Assembly: GCA_963733675.1 (NCBI GenBank)
Contig: CAVTET010000001.1
Span: 576,001 to 640,000 of the forward strand
Direction of reading: 5' to 3'
DNA: 64,000 bases
DNA from: an uncultured Methanosarcinaceae archaeon
Lineage (GTDB): Archaea > Halobacteriota > Methanosarcinia > Methanosarcinales > Methanosarcinaceae
Positions 1-11,789 of this stretch are shown in pieces. Numbering within the stretch: position 1 is the first letter of the stretch; every line of letters starts with the position of its first letter. Made by a program: the position numbers and the translations under genes. Below the pieces are notes generated by a model. The model saw nothing but the letters and a program-made list of their open reading frames with translations, made no database searches and was not told the DNA's origin.

Positions 1-640
1 GGTCTATAATTCTAAGCTCAATTTGAGAATAATCACAAGCTATTATTTTATTACCCAGCGCTGCTGTGTAAAACTGTCTCCATTCGGGATATCTACTTGG
101 CTGCTGTTGCAAATTTGGCTTACTGTTTGTGAATCTACCTGATAAAGTACGATACTGGTTAAACTCTCCCTGCACTCTTTTTATAATTGGATGTGGGCAC
201 TTAGGAGATCTAATCATTATCTTCCCATATTTTTTAACTTGCGTCTTATAAAATCCCGCTATAAAACCAGAGAGCAATTTTTCAGTCTGCCTATATAAAA
301 GCAAATTAGTAATTAATTCATCAAGTTTATACTTCCAAAGCTCTTTTTTCCTGTGCCTTTGAGTTTATCATACCCTTTAGTTTTAAGTGCATCTAACTGT
401 TGGCAGAAAATACTCCAAAACCATTGAAGTTGCAATTTCACTGACTCCAAAGTTATGGTTCTGGAGATTGGTTCTTTCCTATTTCACTTAAAGCTGCTAA
501 TTTTAAAATGTAAATAGAGTACCTGCTCCAAGTAGAACTAATTCATTTTTTGTTTGATTTATGTCTTATTTCACTTTGTGTGTTCAAATCAACATTTCCA
601 TAGTAATCAAAAGCATCTTGATCTACACTCAGAGAGAATG
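1..640 (-). pseudogene. Family A DNA polymerase fragment (thumb/palm), frameshifted, runs off window start
   Basis: Manual translation of the minus strand gives LLLYRQTEKLLSGFI ... RVQGEFNQYRTLSGRFTNSKPNLQQQPSRYPEWRQFYTAALGNKIIACDYSQIELRII, matching the PolA motifs TGRxSSxxPNLQNIP and ADYSQIELR. Absent from the ORF track; upstream boundary is approximate. Confidence 0.85.
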
Positions 641-728
641 CAGGAGATTATCTAAAAAAAATAATATAATTGAGCAGTCAGCTCTTCCAATTTACTGTGC
701 TCTTCAATATCTTTGACTGTTTTGAGAA

Positions 729-1061
729 ATGACAGATTATGATCTTTGTGGAAGTGGAATTCCAATAGTTATACCAGTTTGGGTTTTTCGTCCTCTCCTC
801 AAATTTGCCTATCCAGAAGGTGCATGGAAAGGGCTATGTGAGATGTGTCTCGATTCCGCCGAGAAAACCTATTTGGATATCAACAAAGACGAAATCTCAT
901 GTAGGAAGAACAAATGCTTTCTATGCGGAAGAAGAAACAACGTTTTCTTAATTAAAGTACAGATCCCTTATTACTCAAAAGGGGTGGTAACAAAAGACAA
1001 AAACCTTTGCTCAAAGTTACTGAAAGCAGTTGAAGAAGTTTATCTTAGGGACAATAAATAA
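729..1061 (+). CDS. fpoO: F420H2 dehydrogenase subunit FpoO paralog, probably degenerate (some Cys lost, His-rich tail cut by TAA)
   Basis: MTDxDLCGxGIPxVIPV...PLLKFAYPEGxWKGLCExCLDSA closely resembles Methanosarcina FpoO; no other fpo genes adjacent. Confidence 0.75.
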   Translation: MTDYDLCGSGIPIVIPVWVFRPLLKFAYPEGAWKGLCEMCLDSAEKTYLDINKDEISCRKNKCFLCGRRNNVFLIKVQIPYYSKGVVTKDKNLCSKLLKAVEEVYLRDNK

Positions 1062-1460
1062 GAAAATCCATGAAAAAGGATTCGTAAATGGCTATGGTCA
1101 CGTAAATGAGTATCAATGAACATTGGAAGAAATGAGTAAATTTATTTTGTGGCTTTATGTCCTTATTTTTATTTGGTAAGTGCCTTTATCGAGACATCTG
1201 ATGATTAATTTTTTCCATTATATCTAATTTGACAGTTTTATTTTTATGTTCCAACATTATGCAATGTACGAAGATTCAAAATTTGTTTGCCTATTTGGCC
1301 ATATTAGTCATTGAAAGTTGAATTAAATTTTAAGCTACTTTCATATTGGGAAAATTGATGGTATTTTTGTGCATACCCATGGAAAGAAGGTTCAATGAAA
1401 TCGGAGGAAATTTTCATTATTTTCATAAAAATGGAGAAACCCATGGAAAATTAAAAAGAT

Positions 1461-1667
1461 TCAAATATCTATGCTCGCATGTGCATCATCTTTTTCTCTT
1501 TTTTTGGGTTTCTCTATGGTTTTATATACAAATGCTCCTAAACCTCGAGTAACAGGCGTACATTCATGATTCTCTGGTAATCGGCAATTTACGCAAAGAG
1601 ACCTTTGGCACTGATGACACTTGAACGCTAGCCACTCTATCCTTTCCCCACAGTATTCACAAGGCAT
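1461..1667 (-). CDS. AN1-type zinc-finger small protein
   Basis: CxxC...FKCxxCxxxLCxxCRLPENHEC pattern. Confidence 0.75.
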   Translation of the reverse strand: MPCEYCGERIEWLAFKCHQCQRSLCVNCRLPENHECTPVTRGLGAFVYKTIEKPKKREKDDAHASIDI

Positions 1668-2969
1668 TTAACTCACCATTAACAACTAATGAGTTTAACG
1701 GCTTTATATCCTTTTTCTGTCCAATAATAATTTTAAATTTAGTCAGCTCAGAATCTATTTTTACAAATATAAGCTAATACCACAAAGTTGTTTCAGATAA
1801 TGGAATAATTGATTATAAAAACAAAGACGATCCTATTTTTATCATAGATGAAGTCAATTTACTGTTTGTATCTTCTGAGGAGGATTTCGATAAACTTCTA
1901 ATTTTCACAAGTCGTTTTATGTACCATTTATAAGCATGTGGCATAATTTAGGGATTTATTTCAATCCTCTATACATCTGTGTTGTCGAAATGGGTTTGAA
2001 TCTAATGGGATTTGGAAATATTGACAATACAGATATATGCTAGTATACGAGATATTCTACTGGTATATGAGCAGTTTTTAGGTACTTTCGGAGGGGATAT
2101 GCAAGAAATCAAAGCAAAACCTTCAAGGATTCTCGTAATATTAGGAAATCTTAAAGAATAAGATAACTGATTATCTGGTTCAGAAAGCTTTGAGGGTCGT
2201 AAATGGAAAATAAGATGTTGAGACCTATTAATTGTTCTCAAAAGGGACAAAGATGAAATTATGTATTCACTGTGATTTCTGTGTAAGGGCAAACAAGGTT
2301 TTATTTACAGGGATTCTATTCAGGCTGAGCTATAATACAAAATAATTGGCTTGATGACTGGCTAATAGGAACTTCTGATATCAGAAAACAATTAGTGATC
2401 AGACAAAACCGGTCATGATAATCTACTGGGATGTTGTTGTCAAAGACTATAAGGTATTTCTGAGTAAACTAGTGCTCTAAATATTTAATTATTGATCATT
2501 GGAATAAACTCCTATCCTCTTGCAGATGATAGGCTATCAAGTATTATGTTAGAGAATTAGATTTTCATTATACTTGGGATTGAAATTGCAGATTTATTCG
2601 GTTGAATAGGCTAGAAGCAATTGGTCATCCAGATCATCCTAAATTTTTACTTAATCAATGAAATGAGCCCTGTTGGAGGTAGCTCCTTCAGTGTAAATCT
2701 AGGGGGAAATTATGCTCAAAAGATAACAGGATATCAGGGATTTCGCAGGATCCGAAAGTAATTATAAACTTCAGACAAAAATCTGTAAAAGCTAATCCAG
2801 GCAAGTAATATCTTATAGAAAGGTTTCGAAATCTGAAGTCAAAATGCCTGAAATGGTGAAGGATGTAGATGAGAAGTAAATTTCAGAAAAGCTGCAAAAA
2901 ATCTATGAATTTCAGAAATAGAATTAAAAATCAGATTAATCAGGATAATAAGTCCATCCAAAGTTTAGA

Positions 2970-3629
2970 TTGAGACTTATTAAGGAGAGTGTTATTTTGG
3001 TAGAACCATTAGACAAAAAGATTAAGCGCATAGCATGGGGAATTACAGGTTCAGGAGACCAGATGATTGAGACTTATAGTGTTCTTGTGGATATTAAGGA
3101 AAAAACAGATGTTGATACAATGGTTTTCCTTTCCAAAGAGGGGGAGACTGTTATGAAATGGTATCATCTGTGGGATAAAATCCAGGATGATTTTCCTAAT
3201 TTCAAAGTAGATGCAGGCCCTAACTCCCCATTCATTGCAGGCCCACTGCAGATGGGCCACTACGATTTCTTGCTAATAGCTCCTGCAACCGCTAACACTG
3301 TCGCAAAGATAGTTTACGGAATTGCAGATACTCTTGTTACAAATACCGTTTCTCAGACTGCAAAGGGAAAGACACCTATCTTCATTTTACCTGTAGACCA
3401 GAAGAGGGGTACTGTAAAAACTGCTGCGCCCAGTGGCAGAGCTTTTGAGCTAACTATGCGTGAAGTAGATGTTACAAACTCAGAAAAACTTGCACAGATG
3501 GAAAATATCACAATACTCAAAAATCCCTATGAGATCTACGATATCTTTGGGCTTGAAGGATCTCCTGAAAGCATAAAGGAAAAAATTAGTAAACATTCTG
3601 ACAAAAGGAAAAAGAAGCACGGGAAGTAA
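2970..3629 (+). CDS. afpA: Archaeoflavoprotein (HFCD family); likely start TTG near 2997
   Basis: RIAWGITGSG, LLIAPATANTVAKIVYGIADTLVTN motifs. Confidence 0.85.
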   Translation: MRLIKESVILVEPLDKKIKRIAWGITGSGDQMIETYSVLVDIKEKTDVDTMVFLSKEGETVMKWYHLWDKIQDDFPNFKVDAGPNSPFIAGPLQMGHYDFLLIAPATANTVAKIVYGIADTLVTNTVSQTAKGKTPIFILPVDQKRGTVKTAAPSGRAFELTMREVDVTNSEKLAQMENITILKNPYEIYDIFGLEGSPESIKEKISKHSDKRKKKHGK

Positions 3630-3933
3630 AAATAGTACTAATAAACCTTAATATAAAAAATATTTTGATATCCTCTTGGATCGATAAAATTTACCATTAA
3701 TCTATTGGCAAGTGACTGCAATCGATCAAAAATCCAGAAAATAATAAAACGTCTCTTACTAATAAGAGAATGATTTAGATATAAGTAGAGCATTTTTTCT
3801 AAATGAGAACAGTAGTTTCATGATTCGATAAAATTTTATTGTTCTTTCAAAAGTAGAGAAAAACCGGAACAAAACTAAAAAAATTCTAAATTAGAGGTAG
3901 CCGGTCGGTTAAAAATTTGAGGAGGGTAAAGGT

Positions 3934-4440
3934 ACGAAGAACGTATATCAGGATGTATTAGAGGAATTAAAAAATCTTGAATCTTTTGAAGAGGCTATTG
4001 GTATGGCTATATGTAGGGAAAAAGAGGCAAGGGAGTTCTACCTAAATAAAGCAAATATAATGGGCAACCAAAAGTTTAAGGAACTTTATGAGTATCTGGC
4101 AAATGAGGAATTGAAACACCTCGGTTACCTTGAAAAATATCGCGACACAAAAAAATTACCAATAGTTAGTGCGAAAGTACATAGTGGTCAGTCTTTTACT
4201 CCTGAGTTCAATACAGATCGAGCAAAGGGAAATGAGATCACTTTTGGAGATACAGGTATTCTTCTTGCAGCTATGAGACATGAGAGAAAAAGCGAGTATT
4301 TTTATTCGGAACTGGCAAAAAGGGCCAAAGACGATGTCCAAAGAAATTTTTTCGAAATGCTGGCAGTATTTGAGAGAGGTCACTACGAGTTAATAGATGA
4401 TTATCTTGAAGAAATAACTAGTTTTAGAATGCAGACCTAA
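3934..4440 (+). CDS. Rubrerythrin/ferritin-like protein
   Basis: ExxH pairs (ANEELKH, FERGHY). The frame is open upstream of ATG 4003 to an ACG at 3934, which follows a GGAGG RBS. Confidence 0.8.
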   Translation, partial: TKNVYQDVLEELKNLESFEEAIGMAICREKEAREFYLNKANIMGNQKFKELYEYLANEELKHLGYLEKYRDTKKLPIVSAKVHSGQSFTPEFNTDRAKGNEITFGDTGILLAAMRHERKSEYFYSELAKRAKDDVQRNFFEMLAVFERGHYELIDDYLEEITSFRMQT

Positions 4441-4716
4441 AAAACGAATGACTTGTGAAAGTATTACCCTGTGAAACAATTACAATTTCTATCTTGTTAT
4501 CGGGGAAAAGGCTAAACCTATATATAACATGAAACTTACTTTTGTAGAACAGACGAATGCAAAAATTCTCATTGAAAAACGGAGCATCGGTATTCTCGAT
4601 GGCTACTTAAGGGATATGGAGAGTGAAAGTGAGCTTTGTATGTCTTGGATCTGGATGGATAAGTAGCATCTTGAATCGTTACTGATTTTATTTTCAAACC
4701 TAAGGCAATAATATCG

Positions 4717-4912
4717 GTTTTGCAACTGTCTTCAGATTTATTCTTTTTTGCGATGAAAGAAAAAGGATACAGAGTCCTTCAGAATTCACAAAACTTTTGG
4801 TACCCTGTCCACTGCTAAGTACTTGTATGCAATTTTGAGTCTTCAGATGCTGAATTTTCTACTCAGCAATTTTTTGATATTTGTGATTTTACAGAATTTT
4901 TGGTATCCTATC
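4717..4912. repeat. Cluster of IS/MITE terminal fragments
   Basis: The reverse complement of 4751-4809 (gacagggtaccaaaagttttgtgaattctgaaggactctgtatcc) recurs near 29070 and 43468. Confidence 0.45.
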
Positions 4913-5208
4913 TAAAAAACTAAATGTCAAATTTGCAAGGATCTGCGGGAAAATTAAAACATGACAATCTTTAAATTGTTGTCCTATTTTAAACGATTTT
5001 ATGGATAAGTAAGTTTTGTTCAGTAACTATTTTTCATAGAATTAATTAAAAATAACAACAGTTACACAAATACAGATCATTATGTATGTGTGCTGTCACT
5101 ACATAAAATACGAATAGAGTTTACAACATCACATCCTTTCAGAAACTGCGTATTAATCTTATAGATAAAAAAAACTGTAATCTACATCTAAAAAAGCTAG
5201 GTGATAAA

Positions 5209-5547
5209 CGTGGTAGTAGTTAGACAACGGTATCTTCATTTCGACTGGGGTTGCAGTGGAAACTACACATTCAAGTGACCATAACTTTCAACGACAATGG
5301 CACTTTTATTTCTTCAGACGCGGATTCTGGAAAATGGATGCAAGCCAATGGAATGATACTTTGGCAATATGGCGGTCTGAAAACCACTTATGGAGGATAC
5401 ATTGTTGAAAGCGCAATGGTTGACTCAATGTTTTCCTTCACTGGAGAAAATGGTTGCTAGTATGCGCTAAATACAGGATGCACAACTATGCTGGCCGAAG
5501 AGTGCAAGGCAGAATTTGGTTCATCCGGAAACAAGGCAAAATACTAA
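5209..5547 (+). pseudogene. Small hypothetical protein with a frameshift and an in-frame TAG
   Basis: LHFDWGCSGNY, then a frameshift, then ITFNDNGTF...ENGC*YALNTGCTTMLAEECK; TAG at 5458-5460. Confidence 0.5.
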
Positions 5548-5872
5548 AAAACCATGTCATATTCTATTTTACATACACAAAGATTTGCATACTCAGTTCC
5601 ATTTACATTACAATGTAGCTTAAAATACAAATAAGTTAGTTAATAAATGTTCTCGGAGATATTTCCATCCCCGCAGCAAGATGCAGGCTATTTGAATAAA
5701 ATAATTCCGAATCTATCTAATTCTTTTTGGGAATCACTTTTTAAATAAAAAATCATTTCCAGCCCATACAAAAAAGCTAAAATTATGAACAATATTCAGA
5801 ATCATTGTTTCGAAAAAGATTTAAATCTAAACTACGTGTTTTTTTGTGTTAAGCATTTTGAGGTGATATAGA

Positions 5873-6031
5873 GTGAATTGCGGTGAAATAAAAGAAGGTC
5901 AGCGTCTTTCTTGTGAAGGATGCGGGTTCGAACTTAAGGTAGTAAATGCTTGTGGAGATAATAACTGCTCTACAGAAGCATGCTGTAACGGCGACATACA
6001 ATGTTGTGGCGAGCCTATGAAATTAAAATGA
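5873..6031 (+). CDS. 52-aa Cys-rich desulforedoxin-like small protein (missed by ORF track)
   Basis: GAGGTGA RBS, GTG start; MNCGEIKEGQRLSCEGCGFELKVVNACGDNNCSTEACCNGDIQCCGEPMKLK. Confidence 0.75.
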   Translation: MNCGEIKEGQRLSCEGCGFELKVVNACGDNNCSTEACCNGDIQCCGEPMKLK

Positions 6032-6199
6032 TACTCAGATAAACTAACCGACATTCTCATGTGTACACAAATGTATAATTTGTTTGTCTATTTACTCAAT
6101 ATTAACTCATTGATCCATTGTAGGTTAGATTAATTTTTAAGCTATCGGCTTATTGAGAAAATAGATAGCATTCTTGTGTACATCTGAAACTCAGATCAA

Positions 6200-6390
6200 G
6201 CACTTTATAGCTAGATGAGCATTAAGGACGAGCAGCTGCACGCCACGGACGAACAGAAGAAAAGCTAAATGAGAATAAGCATAAACAGATTATATATTTT
6301 CAAACTTTAATCCAGGAAAATAGCAGGCTAAACATTAAGCTGCTTCCGAAGAATGCAGAAAAAGTAGATCTTGTAGCGATTTTGGTAATT
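6200..6390 (+). pseudogene. Remnant of coiled-coil protein C-terminus, similar to 39318-39528
   Basis: KDEQL...QTLIQENSRLNIKLLP fragments; same position relative to the HTH gene as in the 31-45 kb element. Confidence 0.4.
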
Positions 6391-6529
6391 CGGTTACAAT
6401 TATACCGTATAATAAAAATAAGTAGGAAAGAATGTTCTATTAAAAATTGGTCATATTGGGATGAAAATATTACACAATCGAAGGATCTTGATTTTCTCTA
6501 CCCAACGCAAATGTCTCTAGAATTTTCTC

Positions 6530-6923
6530 CCTTATTCTATCTGCGTCCTTGACGATGATCTCAACAGTCTCATTCTGATTCTTTGAACTAACATTCGTTT
6601 TTTGGTATATTCGCCTGTCGAATTCTTCGGGAAACCTTTTGGACAATATTCACATACATACATGGCAGTTTCCAGCTTCAGTCACTTTATTCAGCTGTTG
6701 CATAAGGGTTTTTTTCAATCAGCATTCTGTTTGATAGCTTGTTGATAAAACTGATAATATTTCCCAGATTTCTCTGTATTCCCTTGTTCATCCATTCGTT
6801 GAACGTCTGATATATGATTTCTACAGATTCAATAACAAATGCATATGGAAGTCCCAAAGAAATACTGTTCCCAATTAACTTGGTTATATAAGGAGTTAGT
6901 TTTGAAGGATGTGATCTGATCAT
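6530..6923 (-). pseudogene. Degenerate HTH/terminase-small-like gene, paralog of 38783-39234
   Basis: PSKLTP..IGNSISLGLPY...ITYQTFNEWMNKG aligns with the 38783 ORF; upstream DNA is also similar. Confidence 0.7.
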
Positions 6924-7785
6924 ACCGTTTTTACTTCTTAGTATTAATATAAGTGAATCTTCTACTTAATATTTTTTTAGTTTTCTTCTACACTAAACCG
7001 GAATTTCGACTAGTTATCTCAAAAATGAGGTGCTCTCATACGTTTTAAGACATTTTTTTGGATAGTTAATGTTATTGGACTCTCAATAAAAGAGCTCTCT
7101 AATAACCCCAGAGGAAGTCATTTTTCCGATCAATCTAAAAACCCATAGAGTTACTGTCATATAGTGATAGGTTGGTTCACGAGATATTATATATATTTTT
7201 ATCACTTTAAACTGATATAACTCAATATATATAATTGATTACTTTTTTCCGATATTATCGCATATAATAATCAAAAATAAATACATTATACATAAAACTT
7301 AACTATGAATCTATAAATTTTTGCTTAAGCGTGATGGCTAGGTTCAGCCTAGTTAAGTCAAAAAACGATTGCGGGGTGATCGAAGGCACTTTTTTGAGTG
7401 ATGTCGGTGTGCTTTATGTTATACTCAAAATGAATTTACTGTAGGGGCCAAGAGTAAGTTGATTTATCGATTGGATTTTTAGCTTTCATTCTTTGTGTTT
7501 CACAGTTTAGAGATGATTTCTAGAATATAGTCCTTAAGAAAGGTTATTTTCGGATTTCTACTTGGTTAAATTCTTTATTTAAAGAACAAAGTTTATATTT
7601 TGGGTCGTTAATCTAAAAATCCCTACTGACAGTCTACCGGCAAACGATAAGAACAATGTAGGGCTTAGAAATTCATTAAAAAAATCATACGCTTAAAACT
7701 CCAAATTATTTAGGTCATAATACTTATGATCCATATGCTAGTGTTTTTGTAACTTACTTAATTTTAATCCTAAGGGGAATTCGAT

Positions 7786-8229
7786 ATGAAAAAATATATT
7801 TTACCGATGGTTTTATTGGTTTTACTTTTAATGCCAGAAGTTTTGGCATCAGGCAATGTAAAAATTAAGGATTTTTCTGCTAACGTTACTAATGGAAAAA
7901 TTCCATTATATACAAGGTTTACTGGTGATGTCACCGGTAAAGTTATGACTTGGCGTTGGGTATTTGAAAATATAGGGACCAGCGCCACTACTTATAGTGG
8001 TTCAAAGATGACAACTCATCATAATTTTAAAAAACCTGGAATTTATAATGTTACATTGAATGTATGGGGCCCTGAAGGCAATGATACACTTATTAAGCCA
8101 GCATATATAACCGCCACGGGAGTAAGCACAAATGCAATATACAAGGCTAAATTGAGTGGTTCCAAAGCTAAAGCTTCTTTAAGCAAACATAAACACAAAC
8201 ACCACTTCAAACATCATGAAGTTGAATAA
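7786..8229 (+). CDS. Secreted PKD-domain protein with Lys/His-rich tail
   Basis: Signal peptide; FSANVTNGKIPL..F, WRWVF, HNFKKPGIYNVTL. Confidence 0.85.
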   Translation: MKKYILPMVLLVLLLMPEVLASGNVKIKDFSANVTNGKIPLYTRFTGDVTGKVMTWRWVFENIGTSATTYSGSKMTTHHNFKKPGIYNVTLNVWGPEGNDTLIKPAYITATGVSTNAIYKAKLSGSKAKASLSKHKHKHHFKHHEVE

Positions 8230-9106
8230 TGAACGATTGTGGGGCTATTTAAGGCTTTTTCTTGAGTAGGTTAAGGTCAATTTTACTTTGAATGAATTAT
8301 GAGCCTATCATAGAGGCTGAAATTAAGTTAATCATTGACTCTCAGGGAAGAGCTTTCAGTTTGTTATAATTTATGAGATTAGGGCAACTATGCTAATACT
8401 AATTAGTCTAAATTAGGACTAGATAACTAGAAGTGTATTATAAATCAAACTCAATTGTGATTAATAAATCTCATCATATATTTAAGTAGATATTTGATCA
8501 AGCTGTAGGTATTTCCCTCCACCTGCAGCTCACAAGATCAACTTTTTGATATCCAAAATCAGCTGGATCACCGATAATTGGGATTATTGAATTAATACAT
8601 ACACGATTCTAATAAATGTTTACGATAGGTATGGCAAGAAATTAATCGAAGGAAATACGCCAGTAAATACAACCAACTAGAAACTGCCAATTTTAAAGAC
8701 TATGGAGATCAATGAAAATTACCTATTTCATAGATAGAAGAATATACATTATTCTAAAAAAATATATATGTTAAGATACTGAATAAGTAAAATTACATAA
8801 ATTACGCATAATTAATAAGATCTATATCTATTTCTTCTATATATAATCTAGAATTAAGATATAGCATTATAGAAATTATTTAATTTATGTAATTTCAGTG
8901 TAATTCCTATATAAGTGTGTGTAAATTAAAAAGATTTTTAAATAATTGGAGTTATATAATTAAGTTTATTATTTAATATAAAAAATATATAGTAGATTAT
9001 CAGAACCATGCATAAAAATTTTAATATATTTCAAAAATTCTCTTTAGTGCGTTTTAAAATTAAGAGAACTAAGATAGTAACGCTACAATAGATATAGTAT
9101 CTATCT

Positions 9107-9256
9107 GATTCCGTTGCAAAAATAATATTTCTGCATTTTGATATTATAATTTTCACCTTTATGTATCATTTTCATTAGAAAGAAAATGATTAACTTTCCT
9201 AATTGTGAAGGTTTTTTCTGATTTTGCAAGAAAGCCAGATTTTTTGCAACGGAACC
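9107..9256 (+). mobile_element. 150-bp MITE with IS6-type TIRs, copy 1
   Basis: Ends gattccgttgcaaaaa / ttttttgcaacggaacc; homologous to 13713-13862 and 39529-39678. Confidence 0.9.
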
Positions 9257-9324
9257 CCCTCTACAGCAATTTCTCACTCAAATATTAATGAATTAAGCAT
9301 AGATTATTTGATCCTTATGGAATT

Positions 9325-9949
9325 TTTATTTCAGTCGAATACCCCGCAGCTCGCTGCAGGGATGGAAAATTTCCCCGATAACCGTTGTTAAATAATAAAT
9401 TTCTATTTTTGCTACATTTGTACTGTAAATGGAACTAAGACGTGCAAACCATTGTGTATATAATATAAGATACCACATGGTTTTTTGTTTGAAGTACCGT
9501 AAAAATCTTTTTTAGGGACAGAACTCATAAACTTTTTGAAAAACGTATGCTTTGAAATTAGTGAAAGATACTGTTTTGAGTTTGATACAATTGGTAGTGA
9601 TGGTGATCATGTACATATTTTTATTGGAGCTGAACCAAAGTATTCTCCTTCAAAAGTCATGCAAATTATAAAAAGTATTATAGCAAGATAAATCTTTAAA
9701 CAATGCCATGAAATCAAAAAACAGCTTTAGGGTGGTGAACTGTAGAGTGATGGAGGTTACATTGGAACTATAGAAGATGGAACAACTTCAGATGTTATCA
9801 AAAACGATGTTGAAAATCAGGGAAACAGGGAAGAAAAAGAAGCATATCAGCAAATGAAAATACTCGATTTTTAATAGCCATTACAACCAGAGTGGTGGCG
9901 CGAACATACCCCGTTGCTTGCAGCGGGGTGCGCCAGCACAACTTTGATT
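9325..9949 (+). mobile_element. tnpA: IS200-type element, tnpA (9429-9874) inactivated by a frameshift and two TAGs
   Basis: YHMVFCLKYRK, HUH motif DHVHIF, QL*GGEL*SDGGY; subterminal hairpins CCCCGCAGCTCGCTGCAGGG and CCCCGTTGCTTGCAGCGGGG. Confidence 0.9.
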
Positions 9950-11005
9950 TAAAAGGATTGAAAAAATGGGAGTTAAAGTGGGAACAGTATACATGGATAG
10001 AATATTTTTTAATACAAGAGTCATCTGAAAACTAAATGAGCCTAAACTGAAATTTGTAATTGCAGCTAAATCTAATAAGAAAAGCAAGGCGATACCTGAA
10101 AAGACCCGAACGAAATATGGATATGCGTCCAATATATTTGAAACTAAATTTCAGGGAGGGGGATCAACTTTCAACGTTGTATTAATTTGGGCTAAGAAGA
10201 AAGTATATCTAATGTTTGCTACAACCAAAGAAGGGATCCAATAGACGCATTTATAAAGCAAATACCTGAAAAATACAAAAAGAGATGGAAACTTTATATA
10301 AGTAATAATTGATTTTGAGATCCGAAACTGCTCTAAGTCAACTGTTGCAAGGACGTTATTCTTTGTAGTACTGCATCATACGCATCATTTTGAATATGCT
10401 AAAGTCAATCCTTAAGATTGCAGCATATCAAATGAAATCAATAATCAAGCCTGATATCATCAAAACATTAACCTGCGTGATTGAATCATTATGCAATGTT
10501 CCAGTCAAATTATTCCTGGATACTTAAATAAATTTAGTCGAGAAAGAAGTTGATGCTATGCGCTCGATTAAGAGAGATATAATTCTCAATAGAATCTCAA
10601 AAATTACTAGATGAGTTAGTAAAGACTATACACAATTTTCACTTTAGAACTTTAAATTACTGAAATTTAGAGAGACTATTATGTGAAATATTATCATTCT
10701 GGACGAAATAAAGCGCTCTTTTGTGACTAGTGCAGAAGAACTGTACAAGAATAAGAATAGTCATTCTGAACTATAGGGTTTTACATCTAAAGTATTTTTT
10801 GCACCTAGAGTCTAGCTAAAATGGGATTTTAGGTGCAAAGCCACAACAAAAATATTTAAATATAATAAATACTAACTAAATGATAGTAATTATATGGTTA
10901 TGTATTCGCTCCTCAATCCAAACGTATGTGAAGAGACTGAAAATAGTGTAGATTAATCTCGAATAAGTTTGTGATCTGGGTAAAAAATATCGGAGGAACG
11001 TATAC

Positions 11006-11464
11006 TTGACACTGTCAGTAAAAAGATCATCTTACGATGCATGCATATGGAACCCTTTTGACGAAATCAGAAGAATGCAGGAATACATGGAACAGATGTT
11101 TAGCTCTTTCACGATGTTGGATAATCGGTTCGGTAGCGAAGTCTTGTTTCCATTTGCCGACGTGGTAGAAGAAGCTGATAAGGTAATTGTCACGACAGAT
11201 TTGCCCGGTATTGATAGAGAAAATATTGAATTGAGCCTAAGAGACAATTTCCTCATAATCAATGCTGGAAAAGGAAAAGAGGAAGAGACTAAAAAGGAAG
11301 GTTACATAAGGAAAGAGCGGGGTCTCATGCGATATTAGCGTGGGATCCCTTTTATGAACGGTGTAACCGAAAGCGGAGCATCTGCTCAGCTTAAAAATGG
11401 GGTCTTGACAGTTACCTTTCCAAAAGTAAGTCAATTGGAAGAAAGAAAAATAATGATTGAATAA
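11006..11464 (+). CDS. Small heat-shock protein Hsp20 with an in-frame TAG (11336-11338)
   Basis: Alpha-crystallin domain continues in frame after the TAG: RGIPFMNGVTESGASAQLKNGVLTVTFPK...KIMIE-TAA. Confidence 0.85.
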
Positions 11465-11789
11465 TGGAGCATCAGGGTATGAAAATGATCCCATATCCTG
11501 AATTAATTATAACTTTTTTGATCATATTGGATTGATTTTCGTATTTCATTGATTAGTATGTCCATATCCACTGATTATTTAAAGGATTCTCATTCCGTCG
11601 CAGTTAGGGTATTAATTGCCATGGTATTAGTGTCGACTGGGATGTAGGTGGTAGTGATACCTGTTGGATAATGGTTTATATAGAATATTGAACCACGTGG
11701 TTATTGTACTTAATTTTAAATCTCAAGTTCTTAAGTCCTAAATATAAATTAGTCAATACCCTATCAGGGTCTAGTTATAATTGATAGTC

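Noticed and set aside
1780-2900. Possible decayed gene
   Set aside because: Coding-like fragments, but no family could be recognised
7355-8335. Two weakly similar ~100-bp segments flanking the PKD gene (possible cassette sites)
   Set aside because: Identity is too low to call by eye and no integron-like structure is evident
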